Source: Lytechinus pictus
Lineage: Eukaryota
DNA length: 64,000 bases
Direction of reading: 5' to 3'
Assembly: GCF_037042905.1 (NCBI RefSeq)
Contig: NC_087247.1
Location: 13,330,001 to 13,394,000, forward strand
The notes under the pieces are model-generated. The model was given only the letters and a program-made list of their open reading frames with translations. It made no database searches and was not told the DNA's origin. The position numbers and the translations under genes were made by a program. Below, piece after piece: positions 50,601 to 62,600 of the stretch; position 1 is the stretch's first letter, and each line of letters begins with the position of its first letter.

Positions 50601-53600
50601 ATCTGGGTAGAATAATGCCAATCTGAGGGTAGAATTGAGGAATTCCAAATATTGTTTACTAAAACTAATATGAACTGAAGAGCTATTTTCGGTAGGTGTT
50701 GTATCATAATTGATTTGATACCATCTGTTCCTGCTGCAGAATTTTTCATTTCTTTAACAGCGCTTGTTAATTCATAAATTCATCATCAAGAGGTGATTCA
50801 GAGGAGCAGCTTTCTTTGATCGTATTTTGTATTAAATTTTCAAATGAATTTCTTCTAATAATCTCGTCATTGTCTAATTCTGCCTTTTCTTGAGCATTAG
50901 CTACTGGTGTATTGTTTTCTGTTAATAAATTGGGAAATATATGTTTTGAGACAGAACCATTTTGTAGTCCTTTTACCATTTCCCATACTTTTCCTAAGTT
51001 GAATGTTCTCCTTAAAGACTGACAGTAATTTAACCAGTATTCCTTTTGTGTTCGTCTCTTTATTTTTGGGGCATATGCTTTCTTTTTCCTATACATTTCC
51101 AAGTCCTCCTTTCTAAAATGTCTATTTAATCGATTTCTATATTTATTTATTTCTTTAATTGCTTCTTGTATTCTAGTGTCCACCAAGGAACTGGGTTTTT
51201 GGCTTTTCGATTTCGGCCTGCTTTGCGAAGGGTTTCTTCTGCCACTTCGTTAATTATCTGCAAAATCAAATTGTATTTATCTTGAATATTCAGATCGTGT
51301 GAAAATTGTAATATCTTTATTTTACTAAATTTATGTTTCATTTTTTCCCGATATATTTCCCAGTTTACATGCTTGAAGGACCAATTCTTTTCATGATGAT
51401 TGATATTATGATCTACATATTCTATTTCGTGCAGTGAGCACTTGATGACATTGTGATCACTCCCAAAATTTCCTAGCACGTTCCATTTTAGTTTGCTGGC
51501 AATTTCCTTCGAAGCAATTGTTAAGTCTAGGCAAGACCTTGTCCCTGTATGGATGTCCATTCTTGTAAATGTCCCGTCATTCAATACTACTAAATCATGT
51601 TTTGTTATAAAGTTTTCAACTAATGTCCCATTACTATCTCGCTTTATGCTACCCCACAGAGGGTTGTGTGAATTGAAATCACCTGTAATTATTATGTTTT
51701 TTGAACAATTTTCAATCAAATCTTCTAAATCGCGCAATTCTATCTTTTGACAGGGATTATAATAATTGATTAATGAAATGACCTTTTCATAAGTGAAAAT
51801 GTCAATTCTTTGATATTCCTTGATTTGAGGGAAATTAACTTCTTTGAAAGTAACTGTTTTATGCACATATATTGCAATTCCTCCTCTTCCTCCTTGGCCT
51901 CTATTTTTTTATTACGGGGATGAAATCTGGAATTGCTAATATATTGAAATCAGTGAACCACGTTTCTTGTAAACATATCAAGGCAGGGAGTGAGTTTAAT
52001 TCTACACTTTCTATTAGCTCTTTGTAAAAGTCTGGACCGTGGGCATTCATGCTTTGGGCATTCCATTGTAAAATATTGAAAGTCCGAGCGTTGATAGTCT
52101 TTGAGCTGTCTTTATTACTGAAGACGATCGTGGATCATCTCTGGAGACACCTCGTTGATGTCTAAGCACCTCGCTTGGCTGCATCAACTACTAATCTAAT
52201 TCTGTTTGAATGTGAAGTTTCTTTGTCAAGGTTATTTACAATAAAAGTGATGAAAGCCAAAAAGTCGACTCTAGCATTTTCTGTGGATGCGGGAATTACA
52301 GGCCCAGATTCTTCTGCTTCATTAGGCTTTTGATTAGAAGTAAATTCTTGCGCATCTGTCTGAACAGACTTTTCCGCCGTTTCTGTTTGTGTGGACATGG
52401 TCGCCGTTTTTATGGTCGACCTCTTTACCGTAATTGGTATTTGTTCTACGTCAGCTTCCGAAATATTCGGTTGATCAGGGATTTTCTTTCTTTTGAGGGG
52501 TTTGATTATATTCTTGTTTGATGAATCACGATCTTTTGAATGATTTTCTTCTCTTTTTTCTTGATGGTATATTTTTGTTGCTTGAGCATAAGTTAAATTA
52601 TTTTGCAAGCTGACATGTTGAATATTTTTTGCTTCCTTATAATAGGTACATCCTTGATAGGCCGCTGAATGATTAAGGTTACATCTCAAGCATTTTGGGT
52701 GATCTTTATTGGGGCACATTTCAAAAGTGTGGGCCTCACCACATCTTAAATGACCCTTGCAATTCTTTTGGATGTGCCCAAATTGCTGGCATTTGTGGCA
52801 TCTTGTTACAGTAGGGACAAACTCATCAACTACATATTTTTGGTATAGAAAGGAGACATGGTGTGGAAGATTTGGCCCTTTGAATACTAGTAGAACAGAA
52901 GGGGTTGGTGATAATTCACCGTTTATTCTTTTATTGAATCTCTTTACATACGTCACACCTTGTTCTTTCAGGAGCTCATTTAGTTCTTCCTCCGTGATTA
53001 GGGTATCTACTTTATGAATAACACCGCGGATTTGAGTTATGGGCAGATATTGTGCAACCTTTACAGGGGTGTGAATTAGTTCAGTCATTTCTAAAATCTT
53101 TTTCATCTGTGTTTCATCAATACAAGTAACTTTCAGGCTTCCCTTTTCTTTCGTAATTTTACTCACCTCTCCATACTTCGAGGTAATTTCTTTAATGAGT
53201 CTTGCTGGGCTTATTTTGCTTATGCATGATTTCTCACCAACATCTCTTATTTCTACTATCATAGATTTTTTCTCATTTCTGATATTCTGTTTCTTACCTT
53301 TTTTACGATTTGAACACGACCCTTCTTTGTTTTCGAAACTTCCTTTCCTAACTCTTTTGTCATCTTCATTTATAGTTCTTGTACTTGCCTTTCTCTTTTT
53401 TCTCTCCACTTTTCGCCACTCCATTTCACTCTCAACTTCTGTAGAACTCTCTCTATCATTTGTTTTATTGAGATGAGATTGGAATATACCTTGTTTTCTA
53501 TTACTGCTCGGGGTATTCGTTACCTTACCAATTGCGGCTTGGTAATACGCTTCTTCTCCAGAAGAAATATCTGTCTCTTCCGTTTCCATTACCTCTGTTT

Positions 53601-56600
53601 GGATAGTTTGAATATTATTAGAAGTACCGTTAACATTGGGTTTTGTTAGTATGCTGGTTAGTTTACTGTAAATGTGCTTTTGAATTTCGCTGACAGGCTT
53701 ACCAATCCGCTGTCCGAATCGAAAGAGTTGGTTCATAAGCTTCTCAGACGACTTTCGCTTTTGCTGAACTAAGATTCGTATATTCCAAATTCATATATAT
53801 CCACAGATAATATAGCTCAGATCAGTGCAGCTTTGTTGACTCCAGCCTAGCACCGTTGACATTCAGCCAAGTTGTGAGTTCTGTATACAGCTATATACAG
53901 TAACTAGGCCGAGGCTTAACTTGTCTTAGACTAGATCTAACGGGCCTACTCCATACTCCCTGTGTCATGTGTGTAGCAAAATAAGGTTGGCAATGTTTGG
54001 TTTATTTTTTCTTGTTCTTGGGAACCAATGCTTGATTGTTTTACACTGTCAGTTTCTATATAACTTGGCTCTTAGACTTAGACTTAACTTAAGAAAATTT
54101 AATTCTTTTAATTATTTTTTATGAAAAATATAGATTAACTTTAATCTTTATACACTAACAGCATGAACAGTTAGACAGTGTTGTTTTTTACTGGAAAAAA
54201 AAGAGAACGTGATAAAATGGTTGCACTGCACCCTGATTTACTGGAAAATTATCCTGTCTAAGTTCGGTGATTAGGGTAAGATATCTTCATTAAAAATAAT
54301 GTGGTTGTGTATAGTCTTATTAGTTATAGACTGTATTGGAAAATGTATGTAATCAAGTGAGTTTGCGCTTTTGCGTAGGTATTTTGAGTTAAGATTGAAA
54401 TCTCATTTCCCCAGGTACTAGATTTAAAAAAATCTTAAAAATCTTGGCAAGTGTGCGTCCGGATATTAGAGAGATCCGGATAAGAGTAGGCCGGATAAAA
54501 GAGGTCGGACCCCGGGGGGGGGCACTCGACCAAAAAAAAGTAGTAGGTATGTGCCGCGGGCGAGACAAAAAATGGGAGCCTTGGAGCGGGCTTATCGTAA
54601 AAAGGAGGGTCCTCGGAACGGGCTTCGGAACTGCAAATGTTTGTGAAAACGGGGGTCCTTGGAACGGGTCGCCTGCGTGCGAGTGCGTATGCATCCCTAT
54701 GGAACGTGCGTGCAGCTAGCCCGGCGGCACGACTACTGGGCGCGCTAGCGCAGAGCCGGTGGTCGGACAGCGCTCTGTGGCCGCTTTTCACCAAAATTGT
54801 GACCGGAACAGCGTAACGGAAAATATGCGAAGCTTTGGAGCGGATTTCTTCTTTTTTTCTCGATAAGAAGAAAATGCTATGCTTTGGAGCGGCTTTCTTT
54901 GTTCTTTTGCTCAATAAGACAAAAATGCTATGCCTTGGAACGGAAATTTGAGTGTAAAAATGGGGGTCCCCTCCGCGGCACATAACCACTATGCATTATA
55001 TACTGAGTGCCCCCCCCCCCCCCCCCCCCCCCGGGGGTCGGACTGTATGTGCGACTTTTCCCCAAGTATTCACCAATTGGTGATATTTAAATGTCCATTT
55101 TGCTTCTCGTCGACAAACATGGAGCTAACCAGGCAGGAGGCTCCTATAACATTAACGTTAGAGAGTAAAAATTAGGTTTTCACTACTGTGTGCTTAGATA
55201 TCTACCCTTCACGGAGCCAGGGATTGTACCCCTATCCTGTGCGCATATTGAGGTCAAAATTGAAATTTTCTCCACCCACCCCCCCCCAGATTTCTACTTT
55301 CCCTGTTAAAGATCTAGCCCTAATCATGTAAATGGGTTAGAACTTAATTTCCGACATTTATACAGTATTGATTTCATTTTTAGACAAATAGTCTATTCAT
55401 TAAAAAACCAAGAAAAACATTATGAGTAGACATGAAAAAACTGGCCGTTGTTTACGTGGCCATCTTATTCTCCTTGTTAGAAGCTTAGCTACAAGATGCA
55501 TATAGAGGGCGGCAGATATCTGCTACTGCAACAACAAAAAAAGGTGTTTGGGTGCAGCCCCCCTGGATCCACCAGAGCATCCACCCCCTATTGCAGTAAT
55601 TGTTCAGGGAATGATTTGAAAAGCAAAATGGAGAAATAAAGAACAGGCCACCATACTTCTCACGGTCACATTATATCCAGGAGAAGAATAAATGTGAACA
55701 TTTTAGTTAGTCAATTGATTCATTTCAAATGATGAGCAACTGTGCAGCCCACAAAGTGGAGAGATCCTTTGCTGTATGGACATTTTAAGTTAGCATTTTT
55801 TTTTTTTTGTTGAGCCAGGTAGATCAAAAACAGGTATTTTTTTAATCGGTAATGATTTATTTTACGATTATGAATAATTCTTTAAATTACTACCGGTAGT
55901 TCATTACAGGTGCAAGACTGCACTATTGGCAGTGCCCATTGCCATTATTGTTACGTGATGAAGCTTAGTGTTGTTAATGTTAAATCAAAAAGTAAAATAT
56001 TCTCAACACATTAAAGAGAGTGATTGAGTTTCTTATCACACATGTTTATCATAGACTCCCACCTGCATAATGCAGGCCTTGTCTCCATTGGGTTAAAATC
56101 ATTGAGAAGAGATTAAATGATATTTTCACCAATTGATATAGATATGACCTTAATTAGGATACTTGTTTTTGTTCGTTTGATCTTTCTGACATGATGATAC
56201 CAAAATACCCAATCATAGATGATGAAAAGTGACCTACTTTTACCAACTTACAATCCATTAAAAAATAAAAAGAGAAGTTCTTACAACAAGCTACATAAAT
56301 ATGAATTAAGACAATTCTAAATCTGTCCTAAAGGAAAATACTAGTACATGTATTTTGACAGGTCACAGGAAGTGAGTCTAACAGCTGAGCCATCCTTGGT
56401 ATGTACAAAACTAGTGTGTTTCAGGCAGCCCCTTCCTGGAGCTCCTTGGATAGGCTGCAAAGTTATTTAAAGTTTTCCAGAAACAGAACTGGTTACTTAA
56501 TGAAGGCTATAATTTCTCTCATTTGTTTTTCTTAACAGGCAATGCAGGAATCAGTGAAGAACATCAGCTTTTGCTGAAGACATTCCCCAATCCCAAAGGA

Positions 56601-59600
56601 ATCCTGAACAATGTGATCCTCAGCAAAGCGAAGTGCAGTTCTATCCAAGATGTCCTCACATACAGCACGCAGGATGTACCCGGAGCTGCCAAGAAGGGTG
56701 GTTCGGTCCTGAAGAAAAGCATCTTGGCTCTTAGCTGGCCTCAGGTCATGGAACTTGAAGGATTCGGTCGAAAGAAAAAGGATGCAGAACTTGTAGCAGC
56801 AGCACAGGCTTGTGCTAGATTAAAGGTATGTCAGACATACACATGTATAGGCCTACCCATCCAATACATTAATAAAGTCTTGCTTAAATTTTGTAATGAA
56901 TCTATAATGTGAAGGATATTGGACTCTCAGTATTTAAATCTCCAAGGCCAGTAAAGGGGCATTGGGGCCAATCAAAAGGTAAGTGGCAGCTATGGCTTTT
57001 TATGCCCTTGATTTGTTCAAGTCCTGGGGCCTATTTCATAAACTTGTAATAACAAATTTGCATTAACAGTTAAAAGCTACTGAAATCCTTCAATCTGATT
57101 TGGCTGATCGAGTGATCTAATATTTGTATAGAAAATGTGCATTTGTATAACAAATCTTGATGAATTTTTACCCTGTTGTGTGCATTTTGTGGTATCTTAT
57201 CCATGGTCTCTTGATTGGTGCTGTCAACAGCAGACTGGATGCTGTCTTTTATCATTTCTAACTGGACACAGCTTAGGTATGCATAATGAGAGGTATCTTA
57301 CAAACTTACATTCCTGTGCACCAAGTTCATATCATTACCCATTGAAAGTTCATTTGATCTTCTGTGGAAGCTTCCAGTTATGGCTGCCATTAATTGCAGT
57401 GCTCTTAAGTCAAATACCCATCCTTCTTCCTTTCTTTTTGACAGGAGCTTGGCCTGATGGATGACAACAACAACCCTTTACTTCCAGACAGGGTGGTTTA
57501 TAAGAAAGAAGATATCCGTAGCTTCCTGAGGAAACAAAATCAACCAGATATAATTGAGACGGATGAGAACATCAACAAGGAACTCTCCACCTTCTTGAAA
57601 ACTCTACAGGTAAATGTTACCAAGATTTTTGCTACAGTCATACCAATGTAGCCGACTACAAACCAGCCAACGGTATGTCACTATGTCATTGGAATAATAC
57701 ATGATAGCTTTGGTTGGTATTGAGTAGGTTTCACTGTTGTGACTGTTTCCTTGTTCTATGTTTATTAATCCACGGTGTGTGTGTATATAACGGTCCTGTT
57801 TCACAAAGGATAGCGATTGATAACACACTTGATTTTCTCGATTGATTGTACATTGTAGTCATTCAGTTGTAAAGCTATTCTATGATGTTTGCTAAGCTTT
57901 GTGTTGCAGGCCCCTGATAAGACTTGTGAAAAAAACCAAGGACCTTTATACCACCGTTTGCGATGATGCAGTCTTCAGGTTTTCATTGATTCAATTCAAG
58001 ATTGCATCAGTTGAACATTAAAGGATTTTACGGTCATTGCAGTTTCCTATGATTATTCATAATTGTTACATTGAATTATTTTAGGATTGTGATTAGATCT
58101 TTCACATACATCTGTTTAAAATAGCTTCAGTTATTTTTTTGTTTAATAAGCATAAGGTACAACATTGGTACTATTTCTTTAATAATAATGATAATATTTA
58201 TCAGGCACTTTATACAGGTGTTTCAAAGCGCAACACTGACACTGATCTCCAAACTTTGTTTAAGACGTCTGTATATTGTAGTTCTTTAGTTGTAAATTGA
58301 CAAATTATAGTAACTATCAAAATATATCAGAGACAAAGCATGAATTATCATTGTGGTGATGATGACAATAAATCAGACCAAATGTGAGGAGTCTCACAAT
58401 TTCTCCTTTTTTTCCCCCTCAGGACCAAGATAAGAAGAAGTCTGAGGATGACAGGCAAGCCCAGGAAGATCATTCATTCTACTCAATGCTCATGTCGGAG
58501 GAGGAGATGCCGGAGAGGGTAATGGACATCATCTCTGACAGACCTTACCAGCATCTTTCAAGATCCAAGAGGGATGTTAGGAATGGTGTTTTACTGCAGA
58601 GGCTTATCAACCAAAGAAACAATCCCGATGTTGCTGAAATACAAAAGAAAGTGCAGACCCTGCCCATCATAAATATGAGGTGATTTACCATTTTTATTGT
58701 GTCTGGATTTTGATGTTTTAATGTGTGTGAAGCAAAAATATGAAGGAGGAGTAAGAGAAGGAGAAGAAGAGGGAGAGGGAGGAAGAATACTTGCATATGT
58801 AGCACTTTTCAATACTTTATCAGAAGTCTCGAAGTACCCTTCAAGAATGTATCATCACAACAACTTTAATCCTAAGAACACTTTGGGGGGCTTTTACTTT
58901 TAAGTCTTGCATAACTTTTGAGATCAAATTGGGACCCCCGGGTATGCGGTTCTGAAATTACGCAACATTTTGTAAGTGCATGCAGACCCAAAATTGCTCA
59001 AAAACATGAATTTGTGTACAAATCCAATGCAAGTAGTGTTTTTAGCCAATATTCATAAATGTATCATTAATTTTCATTTTACTGATTAAAATAAATTAAT
59101 TCCATCTTATTTATGGTCAAAATAAAGTCCTTGACAATTCCCGTTGAAAAAACAATAAAAAACAAAAAGTAAAAAACAAAGAAATACATAAGTATTTTAG
59201 GGGCATCATTTAGTTAAATAATAAATTAGCAATGAGATTTTTCGCATATTTTTATTTATCTTAGAGTTTTGTAGATTATACCATGGGAAATGCGTGTGCC
59301 AATTTTTGTTGTGATCACACGATCAACGGCTGACATCATAAGGGGGGGGGGGCTGAATCAGCCCCCCCTCCCCCACAGTCTTCTTAGGTGTCGAAATAGC
59401 CCACTCTATTTAGGGTAAATGGCTGACGTTGTAATTTGCAGCTGAAAACCAATCATGCATCATATATAACTCCAGTGTATGAAAATTTAGATCAGTTCTT
59501 CAAGCACCCTTGTAACAAAAAGGGCATGATATATTGAAATGTCAAAGATTATATGAAAAATCTGCTCTTGACCAATAAAATTCTTCATTATCTATTATTT

Positions 59601-62600
59601 CAGTCACTATTCAACAGTTATTCCAGTTATGAATAAAAAAAAGCTTGTGAGTTTTAAATGTACATGTAGCTCAGAAATATTTAAATCCACAATTTTTTTC
59701 TTCCTTTTACAGAGAGGAGATATTATCTCTGATAAATGCCAACCAAGTAGTGGTTCTGTGTGGAGAAACGGGCTGTGGGAAGACTACCCAGATGCCTCAG
59801 TTCATCTTAGATGATTGGATTCAACAGGATAGGGGATCACAGTGCAATATAGTCATAACTCAAGTATGTACATGAAGGGTTTATAGTACACAAACTATGC
59901 ACATTATTGAGGGCGTTAGTAAGAATTACACACATGGGGTAGCTATCGGATAGTTCTTACACACCAGGGGAATAGCTGAGGGTGTTTGGATTTTTTCAAA
60001 TGTAACAAGTGTGTGTTATTATTCTAATGCCTGAAAAAAGTTATTTATATTATGTTTTAGAAGAAAGTGGTGTGGATCCTTGTTATTTTATCAACCTTCC
60101 TCATCTCAAAGTCATGATGTATTGTTGCATAGAAAGAGTACAAAATTTTAGATAGAGATTCTTTAAAATGGTAAGCCTTATAGAACTTGTTTGTGCCATT
60201 TTTCTAGCCAAGGAGAATAAGTGCAATATCGACGGCGGAGAGGATCGCATTAGAAAGAGGTGAACAAATGGGCAAAACAATCGGCTACCAGATCAGACTC
60301 CATCGAAGAATGCCTGAGAATCATGGGTGTATGTTGGTCTGTACCACTGGTATCCTACTAAAAAAATTGCAACAAAACCCAGATTTGACAGGTGAGAGAA
60401 TACAAGTGATAATAGATTTTGATTTTGTTCATATAAACGGGTGACTTGCATTTAAAACAATGGAGCTGAATACTGAAATGTGCTGAGTTCAATCAAAGCT
60501 TTGGTGAAGGGTCAGCACTAGCGTACCTACGGGGGGGGGGGGGGCAGAGGGGCAGTCTGCCCCCCCTGACGAGCCACCACCCATGCATGTATCCCTGCCC
60601 CCCCTGACGAGCTAGAAAGACCTTTTTGCCCCCCCTGACGAAAATCCTGGAAAATCCTAGGTACGCCACTGAGGGTCAGTAATATAAATTGTACTCCACT
60701 ATCATTCCAATCATTATGATATAATTATTATAATACACTTATAATCAATATAAGAGTAGTGGCCATTACATTTTTTTTTTAAACCATTCAAATTCAAATT
60801 TGGTATTGTGGTGTATCTAGCACCCTCTCTTGGATATGTTTTTTTAAGGGCTTCTTTGGCGCTTATCTCACAAATTTAGTGATTGGATATCAGAAAACTG
60901 CAGATAAATATTTATATCCTTAGATTTTCAGTCCATTCCATGCTTTGGAATTTTTTTATATAAAAAAAAATTACAAGCACGCAGTGATTTCATTTTGGTC
61001 GGGCTCCCAATGAAAATAGTTTTTCATGTCAAATCGCAAAATCCATCCAAGGTCAAAGAGTTAAATTGTTCTTGTAGGTATCAGTCATGTGATTGTGGAT
61101 GAGGTTCATGAGCGGGATGTCAACACAGACTTCCTTCTTGTTCTGTTAAAGAACGCTCTTGAAAGGAACAAGAATGTCAAGCTAATCCTCATGAGTGCTT
61201 CCATCAACCCTGGATTGTTCTCAAAATATTTCAACAAGTGAGTAGATTGGCTTGAATACTTTGTCAGGAGCTTCTATTGTAATTCTTGTACGGTTTTGGC
61301 TCATGTTGTGAACAGTTGAAACCAGTTAGGATTATGTGGAGTTATGTGGAGTGTTATGGCCCAGTGGATTAGTCTTCTGACTTTGAAACAGAGGGTCATG
61401 GGTTCGAATCCCAGCCATGGCGTAATTTCCGTCAGCAAGAAATTTATCCACATTGTGCTGCACTCCACCCAGGTGAGGTGAATGGGTACCCGGTAGGAAG
61501 AAATTCCTTGAATGCTTGAGCGCCTAGGCAGCCCAGCTAAAGCCGGGGTAATAGCAGGGCCTGCTGGGAGAACAGTTTTCAGAACTGAAGTGGCTTCCTT
61601 GGGCAAATATACCTATATTATTATTATTATTATTATGATTTCCACTTATCAAACTTAATTTAGTAATAATAAGTGAATTAGTACTTGTTCATATTGAGCA
61701 GTCTTGTGTTAGTAAACATTCTTGATAATTTGTTTTCTGCTTTTCCATTGTAACAGGGCAACTACACAGTAGGTGTACTTTAAGTCCATTGTTGAAAGAA
61801 ATTGAAAAAAAATTACAGAAGCATAATAATGTCATAATGTCATAATAGTTGGATGTAAAATCGCGAAAGTTGGGGCATTTTGAAGTTGTACTAAATTTTA
61901 CAAACCTAAGTAGTGGGCAATTGAGGGAACTGGTAATGTTACAATCACCCTCCCTTTTATATTTTCTCGTTTGGAATATGAAACAGCACACTTTCCACTC
62001 CCAAATGATCCTTCCCATTTAATTATTGTTTATGATTTTGTTTACTTGATCCCTTAGTGCACATTCCAGAAACCATGTCACACTTTCCCCAATCCCCTAA
62101 CCTCAATGAGCTATGTAGCCAAAAAGACCATGGGGTGTATCATACAGATTTAAGTATGATTTCGAGTCGCACTTAAATGCTGACGCGTATATGTTACACA
62201 ATTCACAATCTTATCGATTTATACACAGTAGTGCGCGTCCTCTTGGCATGATCTGACCAATGCGGTCGTGCCTTGAAACTAAGTCATATCAAAATCTTTG
62301 TGAAACACCCCCCAGGTGGGTGTTTCATGAAGGAGTTTGTAACTTACAAGCAACTTTACGAATGACTCGTGATCCTTTCTTGTGGTTAATGATACACACC
62401 AGATTTTATCTATGATGATGCAATATCTAAGAAGCAGTCACTAGTCGTTCATAAAGTCACTTGTAATTTACGAATAGCCTTGTGAAACACCCACCTGATA
62501 GCTGCTAATATGAAGGCTGTGTAACTTGCCAAGTTCTGGCTATATATGTGATATTCATTTTTACATGTGGACACAAAAGAAAAAGTTTGCAGTGATTAAT

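Larger units (their letters stand above)
38875..53850 (-). mobile_element. I-clade (Nimb-like) LINE, near full length, frameshifted and interrupted by a BEL/Pao insertion
   Basis: ORF1 with CCHC knuckles and ORF2 with APE, RT, RNase H and a C-terminal Zn motif. (CCAA)n-type tail at ~38875-38890. The 5' boundary is approximate and no TSD was found. Confidence 0.88.
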
